A DNA stretch of 64,000 bases from Squalus acanthias (Eukaryota), in NCBI GenBank assembly GCA_030390025.1, contig CM059438.1, positions 53,446,001 through 53,510,000 of the forward strand. The letters run 5' to 3'. Shown piece after piece: positions 37,301-52,300 of this stretch (the first letter of the stretch is position 1; every line of letters starts with the position of its first letter). Both the position numbers and the translations under genes were made by a program. Under the pieces are notes generated by a model that ran no database searches, was not told where the DNA came from, and worked only from the letters and a program-made list of their open reading frames with translations.

Positions 37301-40300
37301 TCATTTTATTGGGTAAAGATCAGTCATTTTATTGGGTAAAGATCAGTCATTTTATTGGGTAAAGATCAGTCATTTTATTGGGTAAAGATCAGTCATTTTA
37401 TTGGGTAAAGATCAGTCATTTTATTGGGTAAAGATCAGTCATTTTATTGGGTAAAGATCAGTCATTTTATTGGGTAAAGATCAGTCATTTTATTGGGTAA
37501 AGATCAGTCATTTTATTGGGTAAAGATCAGTCATTTTATTGGGTAAAGATCAGTCATTTTATTGGGTAAAGATCAGTCATTTTATTGGGTAAAGATCAGT
37601 CATTTTATTGGGTAAAGATCAGTCATTTTATTGGGTAAAGATCAGTCATTTTATTGGGTAAAGATCAGTCATTTTATTGGGTAAAGATCAGTCATTTTAT
37701 TGGGTAAAGATCAGTCATTTTATTGGGTAAAGATCAGTCATTTTATTGGGTAAAGATCAGTCATTTTATTGGGTAAAGATCAGTCATTTTATTGGGTAAA
37801 GATCAGTCATTTTATTGGGTAAAGATCAGTCATTTTATTGGGTAAAGATCAGTCATTTTATTGGGTAAAGATCAGTCATTTTATTGGGTAAAGATCAGTC
37901 ATTTTATTGGGTAAAGATCAGTCATTTTATTGGGTAAAGATCAGTCATTTTATTGGGTAAAGATCAGTCATTTTATTGGGTAAAGATCAGTCATTTTATT
38001 GGGTAAAGATCAGTCATTTTATTGGGTAAAGATCAGTCATTTTATTGGGTAAAGATCAGTCATTTTATTGGGTAAAGATCAGTCATTTTATTGGGTAAAG
38101 ATCAGTCATTTTATTGGGTAAAGATCAGTCATTTTATTGGGTAAAGATCAGTCATTTTATTGGGTAAAGATCAGTCATTTTATTGGGTAAAGATCAGTCA
38201 TTTTATTGGGTAAAGATCAGTCATTTTATTGGGTAAAGATCAGTCATTTTATTGGGTAAAGATCAGTCATTTTATTGGGTAAAGATCAGTCATTTTATTG
38301 GGTAAAGATCAGTCATTTTATTGGGTAAAGATCAGTCATTTTATTGGGTAAAGATCAGTCATTTTATTGGGTAAAGATCAGTCATTTTATTGGGTAAAGA
38401 TCAGTCATTTTATTGGGTAAAGATCAGTCATTTTATTGGGTAAAGATCAGTCATTTTATTGGGTAAAGATCAGTCATTTTATTGGGTAAAGATCAGTCAT
38501 TTTATTGGGTAAAGATCAGTCATTTTATTGGGTAAAGATCAGTCATTTTATTGGGTAAAGATCAGTCATTTTATTGGGTAAAGATCAGTCATTTTATTGG
38601 GTAAAGATCAGTCATTTTATTGGGTAAAGATCAGTCATTTTATTGGGTAAAGATCAGTCATTTTATTGGGTAAAGATCAGTCATTTTATTGGGTAAAGAT
38701 CAGTCATTTTATTGGGTAAAGATCAGTCATTTTATTGGGTAAAGATCAGTCATTTTATTGGGTAAAGATCAGTCATTTTATTGGGTAAAGATCAGTCATT
38801 TTATTGGGTAAAGATCAGTCATTTTATTGGGTAAAGATCAGTCATTTTATTGGGTAAAGATCAGTCATTTTATTGGGTAAAGATCAGTCATTTTATTGGG
38901 TAAAGATCAGTCATTTTATTGGGTAAAGATCAGTCATTTTATTGGGTAAAGATCAGTCATTTTATTGGGTAAAGATCAGTCATTTTATTGGGTAAAGATC
39001 AGTCATTTTATTGGGTAAAGATCAGTCATTTTATTGGGTAAAGATCAGTCATTTTATTGGGTAAAGATCAGTCATTTTATTGGGTAAAGATCAGTCATTT
39101 TATTGGGTAAAGATCAGTCATTTTATTGGGTAAAGATCAGTCATTTTATTGGGTAAAGATCAGTCATTTTATTGGGTAAAGATCAGTCATTTTATTGGGT
39201 AAAGATCAGTCATTTTATTGGGTAAAGATCAGTCATTTTATTGGGTAAAGATCAGTCATTTTATTGGGTAAAGATCAGTCATTTTATTGGGTAAAGATCA
39301 GTCATTTTATTGGGTAAAGATCAGTCATTTTATTGGGTAAAGATCAGTCATTTTATTGGGTAAAGATCAGTCATTTTATTGGGTAAAGATCAGTCATTTT
39401 ATTGGGTAAAGATCAGTCATTTTATTGGGTAAAGATCAGTCATTTTATTGGGTAAAGATCAGTCATTTTATTGGGTAAAGATCAGTCATTTTATTGGGTA
39501 AAGATCAGTCATTTTATTGGGTAAAGATCAGTCATTTTATTGGGTAAAGATCAGTCATTTTATTGGGTAAAGATCAGTCATTTTATTGGGTAAAGATCAG
39601 TCATTTTATTGGGTAAAGATCAGTCATTTTATTGGGTAAAGATCAGTCATTTTATTGGGTAAAGATCAGTCATTTTATTGGGTAAAGATCAGTCATTTTA
39701 TTGGGTAAAGATCAGTCATTTTATTGGGTAAAGATCAGTCATTTTATTGGGTAAAGATCAGTCATTTTATTGGGTAAAGATCAGTCATTTTATTGGGTAA
39801 AGATCAGTCATTTTATTGGGTAAAGATCAGTCATTTTATTGGGTAAAGATCAGTCATTTTATTGGGTAAAGATCAGTCATTTTATTGGGTAAAGATCAGT
39901 CATTTTATTGGGTAAAGATCAGTCATTTTATTGGGTAAAGATCAGTCATTTTATTGGGTAAAGATCAGTCATTTTATTGGGTAAAGATCAGTCATTTTAT
40001 TGGGTAAAGATCAGTCATTTTATTGGGTAAAGATCAGTCATTTTATTGGGTAAAGATCAGTCATTTTATTGGGTAAAGATCAGTCATTTTATTGGGTAAA
40101 GATCAGTCATTTTATTGGGTAAAGATCAGTCATTTTATTGGGTAAAGATCAGTCATTTTATTGGGTAAAGATCAGTCATTTTATTGGGTAAAGATCAGTC
40201 ATTTTATTGGGTAAAGATCAGTCATTTTATTGGGTAAAGATCAGTCATTTTATTGGGTAAAGATCAGTCATTTTATTGGGTAAAGATCAGTCATTTTATT

Positions 40301-43300
40301 GGGTAAAGATCAGTCATTTTATTGGGTAAAGATCAGTCATTTTATTGGGTAAAGATCAGTCATTTTATTGGGTAAAGATCAGTCATTTTATTGGGTAAAG
40401 ATCAGTCATTTTATTGGGTAAAGATCAGTCATTTTATTGGGTAAAGATCAGTCATTTTATTGGGTAAAGATCAGTCATTTTATTGGGTAAAGATCAGTCA
40501 TTTTATTGGGTAAAGATCAGTCATTTTATTGGGTAAAGATCAGTCATTTTATTGGGTAAAGATCAGTCATTTTATTGGGTAAAGATCAGTCATTTTATTG
40601 GGTAAAGATCAGTCATTTTATTGGGTAAAGATCAGTCATTTTATTGGGTAAAGATCAGTCATTTTATTGGGTAAAGATCAGTCATTTTATTGGGTAAAGA
40701 TCAGTCATTTTATTGGGTAAAGATCAGTCATTTTATTGGGTAAAGATCAGTCATTTTATTGGGTAAAGATCAGTCATTTTATTGGGTAAAGATCAGTCAT
40801 TTTATTGGGTAAAGATCAGTCATTTTATTGGGTAAAGATCAGTCATTTTATTGGGTAAAGATCAGTCATTTTATTGGGTAAAGATCAGTCATTTTATTGG
40901 GTAAAGATCAGTCATTTTATTGGGTAAAGATCAGTCATTTTATTGGGTAAAGATCAGTCATTTTATTGGGTAAAGATCAGTCATTTTATTGGGTAAAGAT
41001 CAGTCATTTTATTGGGTAAAGATCAGTCATTTTATTGGGTAAAGATCAGTCATTTTATTGGGTAAAGATCAGTCATTTTATTGGGTAAAGATCAGTCATT
41101 TTATTGGGTAAAGATCAGTCATTTTATTGGGTAAAGATCAGTCATTTTATTGGGTAAAGATCAGTCATTTTATTGGGTAAAGATCAGTCATTTTATTGGG
41201 TAAAGATCAGTCATTTTATTGGGTAAAGATCAGTCATTTTATTGGGTAAAGATCAGTCATTTTATTGGGTAAAGATCAGTCATTTTATTGGGTAAAGATC
41301 AGTCATTTTATTGGGTAAAGATCAGTCATTTTATTGGGTAAAGATCAGTCATTTTATTGGGTAAAGATCAGTCATTTTATTGGGTAAAGATCAGTCATTT
41401 TATTGGGTAAAGATCAGTCATTTTATTGGGTAAAGATCAGTCATTTTATTGGGTAAAGATCAGTCATTTTATTGGGTAAAGATCAGTCATTTTATTGGGT
41501 AAAGATCAGTCATTTTATTGGGTAAAGATCAGTCATTTTATTGGGTAAAGATCAGTCATTTTATTGGGTAAAGATCAGTCATTTTATTGGGTAAAGATCA
41601 GTCATTTTATTGGGTAAAGATCAGTCATTTTATTGGGTAAAGATCAGTCATTTTATTGGGTAAAGATCAGTCATTTTATTGGGTAAAGATCAGTCATTTT
41701 ATTGGGTAAAGATCAGTCATTTTATTGGGTAAAGATCAGTCATTTTATTGGGTAAAGATCAGTCATTTTATTGGGTAAAGATCAGTCATTTTATTGGGTA
41801 AAGATCAGTCATTTTATTGGGTAAAGATCAGTCATTTTATTGGGTAAAGATCAGTCATTTTATTGGGTAAAGATCAGTCATTTTATTGGGTAAAGATCAG
41901 TCATTTTATTGGGTAAAGATCAGTCATTTTATTGGGTAAAGATCAGTCATTTTATTGGGTAAAGATCAGTCATTTTATTGGGTAAAGATCAGTCATTTTA
42001 TTGGGTAAAGATCAGTCATTTTATTGGGTAAAGATCAGTCATTTTATTGGGTAAAGATCAGTCATTTTATTGGGTAAAGATCAGTCATTTTATTGGGTAA
42101 AGATCAGTCATTTTATTGGGTAAAGATCAGTCATTTTATTGGGTAAAGATCAGTCATTTTATTGGGTAAAGATCAGTCATTTTATTGGGTAAAGATCAGT
42201 CATTTTATTGGGTAAAGATCAGTCATTTTATTGGGTAAAGATCAGTCATTTTATTGGGTAAAGATCAGTCATTTTATTGGGTAAAGATCAGTCATTTTAT
42301 TGGGTAAAGATCAGTCATTTTATTGGGTAAAGATCAGTCATTTTATTGGGTAAAGATCAGTCATTTTATTGGGTAAAGATCAGTCATTTTATTGGGTAAA
42401 GATCAGTCATTTTATTGGGTAAAGATCAGTCATTTTATTGGGTAAAGATCAGTCATTTTATTGGGTAAAGATCAGTCATTTTATTGGGTAAAGATCAGTC
42501 ATTTTATTGGGTAAAGATCAGTCATTTTATTGGGTAAAGATCAGTCATTTTATTGGGTAAAGATCAGTCATTTTATTGGGTAAAGATCAGTCATTTTATT
42601 GGGTAAAGATCAGTCATTTTATTGGGTAAAGATCAGTCATTTTATTGGGTAAAGATCAGTCATTTTATTGGGTAAAGATCAGTCATTTTATTGGGTAAAG
42701 ATCAGTCATTTTATTGGGTAAAGATCAGTCATTTTATTGGGTAAAGATCAGTCATTTTATTGGGTAAAGATCAGTCATTTTATTGGGTAAAGATCAGTCA
42801 TTTTATTGGGTAAAGATCAGTCATTTTATTGGGTAAAGATCAGTCATTTTATTGGGTAAAGATCAGTCATTTTATTGGGTAAAGATCAGTCATTTTATTG
42901 GGTAAAGATCAGTCATTTTATTGGGTAAAGATCAGTCATTTTATTGGGTAAAGATCAGTCATTTTATTGGGTAAAGATCAGTCATTTTATTGGGTAAAGA
43001 TCAGTCATTTTATTGGGTAAAGATCAGTCATTTTATTGGGTAAAGATCAGTCATTTTATTGGGTAAAGATCAGTCATTTTATTGGGTAAAGATCAGTCAT
43101 TTTATTGGGTAAAGATCAGTCATTTTATTGGGTAAAGATCAGTCATTTTATTGGGTAAAGATCAGTCATTTTATTGGGTAAAGATCAGTCATTTTATTGG
43201 GTAAAGATCAGTCATTTTATTGGGTAAAGATCAGTCATTTTATTGGGTAAAGATCAGTCATTTTATTGGGTAAAGATCAGTCATTTTATTGGGTAAAGAT

Positions 43301-46300
43301 CAGTCATTTTATTGGGTAAAGATCAGTCATTTTATTGGGTAAAGATCAGTCATTTTATTGGGTAAAGATCAGTCATTTTATTGGGTAAAGATCAGTCATT
43401 TTATTGGGTAAAGATCAGTCATTTTATTGGGTAAAGATCAGTCATTTTATTGGGTAAAGATCAGTCATTTTATTGGGTAAAGATCAGTCATTTTATTGGG
43501 TAAAGATCAGTCATTTTATTGGGTAAAGATCAGTCATTTTATTGGGTAAAGATCAGTCATTTTATTGGGTAAAGATCAGTCATTTTATTGGGTAAAGATC
43601 AGTCATTTTATTGGGTAAAGATCAGTCATTTTATTGGGTAAAGATCAGTCATTTTATTGGGTAAAGATCAGTCATTTTATTGGGTAAAGATCAGTCATTT
43701 TATTGGGTAAAGATCAGTCATTTTATTGGGTAAAGATCAGTCATTTTATTGGGTAAAGATCAGTCATTTTATTGGGTAAAGATCAGTCATTTTATTGGGT
43801 AAAGATCAGTCATTTTATTGGGTAAAGATCAGTCATTTTATTGGGTAAAGATCAGTCATTTTATTGGGTAAAGATCAGTCATTTTATTGGGTAAAGATCA
43901 GTCATTTTATTGGGTAAAGATCAGTCATTTTATTGGGTAAAGATCAGTCATTTTATTGGGTAAAGATCAGTCATTTTATTGGGTAAAGATCAGTCATTTT
44001 ATTGGGTAAAGATCAGTCATTTTATTGGGTAAAGATCAGTCATTTTATTGGGTAAAGATCAGTCATTTTATTGGGTAAAGATCAGTCATTTTATTGGGTA
44101 AAGATCAGTCATTTTATTGGGTAAAGATCAGTCATTTTATTGGGTAAAGATCAGTCATTTTATTGGGTAAAGATCAGTCATTTTATTGGGTAAAGATCAG
44201 TCATTTTATTGGGTAAAGATCAGTCATTTTATTGGGTAAAGATCAGTCATTTTATTGGGTAAAGATCAGTCATTTTATTGGGTAAAGATCAGTCATTTTA
44301 TTGGGTAAAGATCAGTCATTTTATTGGGTAAAGATCAGTCATTTTATTGGGTAAAGATCAGTCATTTTATTGGGTAAAGATCAGTCATTTTATTGGGTAA
44401 AGATCAGTCATTTTATTGGGTAAAGATCAGTCATTTTATTGGGTAAAGATCAGTCATTTTATTGGGTAAAGATCAGTCATTTTATTGGGTAAAGATCAGT
44501 CATTTTATTGGGTAAAGATCAGTCATTTTATTGGGTAAAGATCAGTCATTTTATTGGGTAAAGATCAGTCATTTTATTGGGTAAAGATCAGTCATTTTAT
44601 TGGGTAAAGATCAGTCATTTTATTGGGTAAAGATCAGTCATTTTATTGGGTAAAGATCAGTCATTTTATTGGGTAAAGATCAGTCATTTTATTGGGTAAA
44701 GATCAGTCATTTTATTGGGTAAAGATCAGTCATTTTATTGGGTAAAGATCAGTCATTTTATTGGGTAAAGATCAGTCATTTTATTGGGTAAAGATCAGTC
44801 ATTTTATTGGGTAAAGATCAGTCATTTTATTGGGTAAAGATCAGTCATTTTATTGGGTAAAGATCAGTCATTTTATTGGGTAAAGATCAGTCATTTTATT
44901 GGGTAAAGATCAGTCATTTTATTGGGTAAAGATCAGTCATTTTATTGGGTAAAGATCAGTCATTTTATTGGGTAAAGATCAGTCATTTTATTGGGTAAAG
45001 ATCAGTCATTTTATTGGGTAAAGATCAGTCATTTTATTGGGTAAAGATCAGTCATTTTATTGGGTAAAGATCAGTCATTTTATTGGGTAAAGATCAGTCA
45101 TTTTATTGGGTAAAGATCAGTCATTTTATTGGGTAAAGATCAGTCATTTTATTGGGTAAAGATCAGTCATTTTATTGGGTAAAGATCAGTCATTTTATTG
45201 GGTAAAGATCAGTCATTTTATTGGGTAAAGATCAGTCATTTTATTGGGTAAAGATCAGTCATTTTATTGGGTAAAGATCAGTCATTTTATTGGGTAAAGA
45301 TCAGTCATTTTATTGGGTAAAGATCAGTCATTTTATTGGGTAAAGATCAGTCATTTTATTGGGTAAAGATCAGTCATTTTATTGGGTAAAGATCAGTCAT
45401 TTTATTGGGTAAAGATCAGTCATTTTATTGGGTAAAGATCAGTCATTTTATTGGGTAAAGATCAGTCATTTTATTGGGTAAAGATCAGTCATTTTATTGG
45501 GTAAAGATCAGTCATTTTATTGGGTAAAGATCAGTCATTTTATTGGGTAAAGATCAGTCATTTTATTGGGTAAAGATCAGTCATTTTATTGGGTAAAGAT
45601 CAGTCATTTTATTGGGTAAAGATCAGTCATTTTATTGGGTAAAGATCAGTCATTTTATTGGGTAAAGATCAGTCATTTTATTGGGTAAAGATCAGTCATT
45701 TTATTGGGTAAAGATCAGTCATTTTATTGGGTAAAGATCAGTCATTTTATTGGGTAAAGATCAGTCATTTTATTGGGTAAAGATCAGTCATTTTATTGGG
45801 TAAAGATCAGTCATTTTATTGGGTAAAGATCAGTCATTTTATTGGGTAAAGATCAGTCATTTTATTGGGTAAAGATCAGTCATTTTATTGGGTAAAGATC
45901 AGTCATTTTATTGGGTAAAGATCAGTCATTTTATTGGGTAAAGATCAGTCATTTTATTGGGTAAAGATCAGTCATTTTATTGGGTAAAGATCAGTCATTT
46001 TATTGGGTAAAGATCAGTCATTTTATTGGGTAAAGATCAGTCATTTTATTGGGTAAAGATCAGTCATTTTATTGGGTAAAGATCAGTCATTTTATTGGGT
46101 AAAGATCAGTCATTTTATTGGGTAAAGATCAGTCATTTTATTGGGTAAAGATCAGTCATTTTATTGGGTAAAGATCAGTCATTTTATTGGGTAAAGATCA
46201 GTCATTTTATTGGGTAAAGATCAGTCATTTTATTGGGTAAAGATCAGTCATTTTATTGGGTAAAGATCAGTCATTTTATTGGGTAAAGATCAGTCATTTT

Positions 46301-49300
46301 ATTGGGTAAAGATCAGTCATTTTATTGGGTAAAGATCAGTCATTTTATTGGGTAAAGATCAGTCATTTTATTGGGTAAAGATCAGTCATTTTATTGGGTA
46401 AAGATCAGTCATTTTATTGGGTAAAGATCAGTCATTTTATTGGGTAAAGATCAGTCATTTTATTGGGTAAAGATCAGTCATTTTATTGGGTAAAGATCAG
46501 TCATTTTATTGGGTAAAGATCAGTCATTTTATTGGGTAAAGATCAGTCATTTTATTGGGTAAAGATCAGTCATTTTATTGGGTAAAGATCAGTCATTTTA
46601 TTGGGTAAAGATCAGTCATTTTATTGGGTAAAGATCAGTCATTTTATTGGGTAAAGATCAGTCATTTTATTGGGTAAAGATCAGTCATTTTATTGGGTAA
46701 AGATCAGTCATTTTATTGGGTAAAGATCAGTCATTTTATTGGGTAAAGATCAGTCATTTTATTGGGTAAAGATCAGTCATTTTATTGGGTAAAGATCAGT
46801 CATTTTATTGGGTAAAGATCAGTCATTTTATTGGGTAAAGATCAGTCATTTTATTGGGTAAAGATCAGTCATTTTATTGGGTAAAGATCAGTCATTTTAT
46901 TGGGTAAAGATCAGTCATTTTATTGGGTAAAGATCAGTCATTTTATTGGGTAAAGATCAGTCATTTTATTGGGTAAAGATCAGTCATTTTATTGGGTAAA
47001 GATCAGTCATTTTATTGGGTAAAGATCAGTCATTTTATTGGGTAAAGATCAGTCATTTTATTGGGTAAAGATCAGTCATTTTATTGGGTAAAGATCAGTC
47101 ATTTTATTGGGTAAAGATCAGTCATTTTATTGGGTAAAGATCAGTCATTTTATTGGGTAAAGATCAGTCATTTTATTGGGTAAAGATCAGTCATTTTATT
47201 GGGTAAAGATCAGTCATTTTATTGGGTAAAGATCAGTCATTTTATTGGGTAAAGATCAGTCATTTTATTGGGTAAAGATCAGTCATTTTATTGGGTAAAG
47301 ATCAGTCATTTTATTGGGTAAAGATCAGTCATTTTATTGGGTAAAGATCAGTCATTTTATTGGGTAAAGATCAGTCATTTTATTGGGTAAAGATCAGTCA
47401 TTTTATTGGGTAAAGATCAGTCATTTTATTGGGTAAAGATCAGTCATTTTATTGGGTAAAGATCAGTCATTTTATTGGGTAAAGATCAGTCATTTTATTG
47501 GGTAAAGATCAGTCATTTTATTGGGTAAAGATCAGTCATTTTATTGGGTAAAGATCAGTCATTTTATTGGGTAAAGATCAGTCATTTTATTGGGTAAAGA
47601 TCAGTCATTTTATTGGGTAAAGATCAGTCATTTTATTGGGTAAAGATCAGTCATTTTATTGGGTAAAGATCAGTCATTTTATTGGGTAAAGATCAGTCAT
47701 TTTATTGGGTAAAGATCAGTCATTTTATTGGGTAAAGATCAGTCATTTTATTGGGTAAAGATCAGTCATTTTATTGGGTAAAGATCAGTCATTTTATTGG
47801 GTAAAGATCAGTCATTTTATTGGGTAAAGATCAGTCATTTTATTGGGTAAAGATCAGTCATTTTATTGGGTAAAGATCAGTCATTTTATTGGGTAAAGAT
47901 CAGTCATTTTATTGGGTAAAGATCAGTCATTTTATTGGGTAAAGATCAGTCATTTTATTGGGTAAAGATCAGTCATTTTATTGGGTAAAGATCAGTCATT
48001 TTATTGGGTAAAGATCAGTCATTTTATTGGGTAAAGATCAGTCATTTTATTGGGTAAAGATCAGTCATTTTATTGGGTAAAGATCAGTCATTTTATTGGG
48101 TAAAGATCAGTCATTTTATTGGGTAAAGATCAGTCATTTTATTGGGTAAAGATCAGTCATTTTATTGGGTAAAGATCAGTCATTTTATTGGGTAAAGATC
48201 AGTCATTTTATTGGGTAAAGATCAGTCATTTTATTGGGTAAAGATCAGTCATTTTATTGGGTAAAGATCAGTCATTTTATTGGGTAAAGATCAGTCATTT
48301 TATTGGGTAAAGATCAGTCATTTTATTGGGTAAAGATCAGTCATTTTATTGGGTAAAGATCAGTCATTTTATTGGGTAAAGATCAGTCATTTTATTGGGT
48401 AAAGATCAGTCATTTTATTGGGTAAAGATCAGTCATTTTATTGGGTAAAGATCAGTCATTTTATTGGGTAAAGATCAGTCATTTTATTGGGTAAAGATCA
48501 GTCATTTTATTGGGTAAAGATCAGTCATTTTATTGGGTAAAGATCAGTCATTTTATTGGGTAAAGATCAGTCATTTTATTGGGTAAAGATCAGTCATTTT
48601 ATTGGGTAAAGATCAGTCATTTTATTGGGTAAAGATCAGTCATTTTATTGGGTAAAGATCAGTCATTTTATTGGGTAAAGATCAGTCATTTTATTGGGTA
48701 AAGATCAGTCATTTTATTGGGTAAAGATCAGTCATTTTATTGGGTAAAGATCAGTCATTTTATTGGGTAAAGATCAGTCATTTTATTGGGTAAAGATCAG
48801 TCATTTTATTGGGTAAAGATCAGTCATTTTATTGGGTAAAGATCAGTCATTTTATTGGGTAAAGATCAGTCATTTTATTGGGTAAAGATCAGTCATTTTA
48901 TTGGGTAAAGATCAGTCATTTTATTGGGTAAAGATCAGTCATTTTATTGGGTAAAGATCAGTCATTTTATTGGGTAAAGATCAGTCATTTTATTGGGTAA
49001 AGATCAGTCATTTTATTGGGTAAAGATCAGTCATTTTATTGGGTAAAGATCAGTCATTTTATTGGGTAAAGATCAGTCATTTTATTGGGTAAAGATCAGT
49101 CATTTTATTGGGTAAAGATCAGTCATTTTATTGGGTAAAGATCAGTCATTTTATTGGGTAAAGATCAGTCATTTTATTGGGTAAAGATCAGTCATTTTAT
49201 TGGGTAAAGATCAGTCATTTTATTGGGTAAAGATCAGTCATTTTATTGGGTAAAGATCAGTCATTTTATTGGGTAAAGATCAGTCATTTTATTGGGTAAA

Positions 49301-52300
49301 GATCAGTCATTTTATTGGGTAAAGATCAGTCATTTTATTGGGTAAAGATCAGTCATTTTATTGGGTAAAGATCAGTCATTTTATTGGGTAAAGATCAGTC
49401 ATTTTATTGGGTAAAGATCAGTCATTTTATTGGGTAAAGATCAGTCATTTTATTGGGTAAAGATCAGTCATTTTATTGGGTAAAGATCAGTCATTTTATT
49501 GGGTAAAGATCAGTCATTTTATTGGGTAAAGATCAGTCATTTTATTGGGTAAAGATCAGTCATTTTATTGGGTAAAGATCAGTCATTTTATTGGGTAAAG
49601 ATCAGTCATTTTATTGGGTAAAGATCAGTCATTTTATTGGGTAAAGATCAGTCATTTTATTGGGTAAAGATCAGTCATTTTATTGGGTAAAGATCAGTCA
49701 TTTTATTGGGTAAAGATCAGTCATTTTATTGGGTAAAGATCAGTCATTTTATTGGGTAAAGATCAGTCATTTTATTGGGTAAAGATCAGTCATTTTATTG
49801 GGTAAAGATCAGTCATTTTATTGGGTAAAGATCAGTCATTTTATTGGGTAAAGATCAGTCATTTTATTGGGTAAAGATCAGTCATTTTATTGGGTAAAGA
49901 TCAGTCATTTTATTGGGTAAAGATCAGTCATTTTATTGGGTAAAGATCAGTCATTTTATTGGGTAAAGATCAGTCATTTTATTGGGTAAAGATCAGTCAT
50001 TTTATTGGGTAAAGATCAGTCATTTTATTGGGTAAAGATCAGTCATTTTATTGGGTAAAGATCAGTCATTTTATTGGGTAAAGATCAGTCATTTTATTGG
50101 GTAAAGATCAGTCATTTTATTGGGTAAAGATCAGTCATTTTATTGGGTAAAGATCAGTCATTTTATTGGGTAAAGATCAGTCATTTTATTGGGTAAAGAT
50201 CAGTCATTTTATTGGGTAAAGATCAGTCATTTTATTGGGTAAAGATCAGTCATTTTATTGGGTAAAGATCAGTCATTTTATTGGGTAAAGATCAGTCATT
50301 TTATTGGGTAAAGATCAGTCATTTTATTGGGTAAAGATCAGTCATTTTATTGGGTAAAGATCAGTCATTTTATTGGGTAAAGATCAGTCATTTTATTGGG
50401 TAAAGATCAGTCATTTTATTGGGTAAAGATCAGTCATTTTATTGGGTAAAGATCAGTCATTTTATTGGGTAAAGATCAGTCATTTTATTGGGTAAAGATC
50501 AGTCATTTTATTGGGTAAAGATCAGTCATTTTATTGGGTAAAGATCAGTCATTTTATTGGGTAAAGATCAGTCATTTTATTGGGTAAAGATCAGTCATTT
50601 TATTGGGTAAAGATCAGTCATTTTATTGGGTAAAGATCAGTCATTTTATTGGGTAAAGATCAGTCATTTTATTGGGTAAAGATCAGTCATTTTATTGGGT
50701 AAAGATCAGTCATTTTATTGGGTAAAGATCAGTCATTTTATTGGGTAAAGATCAGTCATTTTATTGGGTAAAGATCAGTCATTTTATTGGGTAAAGATCA
50801 GTCATTTTATTGGGTAAAGATCAGTCATTTTATTGGGTAAAGATCAGTCATTTTATTGGGTAAAGATCAGTCATTTTATTGGGTAAAGATCAGTCATTTT
50901 ATTGGGTAAAGATCAGTCATTTTATTGGGTAAAGATCAGTCATTTTATTGGGTAAAGATCAGTCATTTTATTGGGTAAAGATCAGTCATTTTATTGGGTA
51001 AAGATCAGTCATTTTATTGGGTAAAGATCAGTCATTTTATTGGGTAAAGATCAGTCATTTTATTGGGTAAAGATCAGTCATTTTATTGGGTAAAGATCAG
51101 TCATTTTATTGGGTAAAGATCAGTCATTTTATTGGGTAAAGATCAGTCATTTTATTGGGTAAAGATCAGTCATTTTATTGGGTAAAGATCAGTCATTTTA
51201 TTGGGTAAAGATCAGTCATTTTATTGGGTAAAGATCAGTCATTTTATTGGGTAAAGATCAGTCATTTTATTGGGTAAAGATCAGTCATTTTATTGGGTAA
51301 AGATCAGTCATTTTATTGGGTAAAGATCAGTCATTTTATTGGGTAAAGATCAGTCATTTTATTGGGTAAAGATCAGTCATTTTATTGGGTAAAGATCAGT
51401 CATTTTATTGGGTAAAGATCAGTCATTTTATTGGGTAAAGATCAGTCATTTTATTGGGTAAAGATCAGTCATTTTATTGGGTAAAGATCAGTCATTTTAT
51501 TGGGTAAAGATCAGTCATTTTATTGGGTAAAGATCAGTCATTTTATTGGGTAAAGATCAGTCATTTTATTGGGTAAAGATCAGTCATTTTATTGGGTAAA
51601 GATCAGTCATTTTATTGGGTAAAGATCAGTCATTTTATTGGGTAAAGATCAGTCATTTTATTGGGTAAAGATCAGTCATTTTATTGGGTAAAGATCAGTC
51701 ATTTTATTGGGTAAAGATCAGTCATTTTATTGGGTAAAGATCAGTCATTTTATTGGGTAAAGATCAGTCATTTTATTGGGTAAAGATCAGTCATTTTATT
51801 GGGTAAAGATCAGTCATTTTATTGGGTAAAGATCAGTCATTTTATTGGGTAAAGATCAGTCATTTTATTGGGTAAAGATCAGTCATTTTATTGGGTAAAG
51901 ATCAGTCATTTTATTGGGTAAAGATCAGTCATTTTATTGGGTAAAGATCAGTCATTTTATTGGGTAAAGATCAGTCATTTTATTGGGTAAAGATCAGTCA
52001 TTTTATTGGGTAAAGATCAGTCATTTTATTGGGTAAAGATCAGTCATTTTATTGGGTAAAGATCAGTCATTTTATTGGGTAAAGATCAGTCATTTTATTG
52101 GGTAAAGATCAGTCATTTTATTGGGTAAAGATCAGTCATTTTATTGGGTAAAGATCAGTCATTTTATTGGGTAAAGATCAGTCATTTTATTGGGTAAAGA
52201 TCAGTCATTTTATTGGGTAAAGATCAGTCATTTTATTGGGTAAAGATCAGTCATTTTATTGGGTAAAGATCAGTCATTTTATTGGGTAAAGATCAGTCAT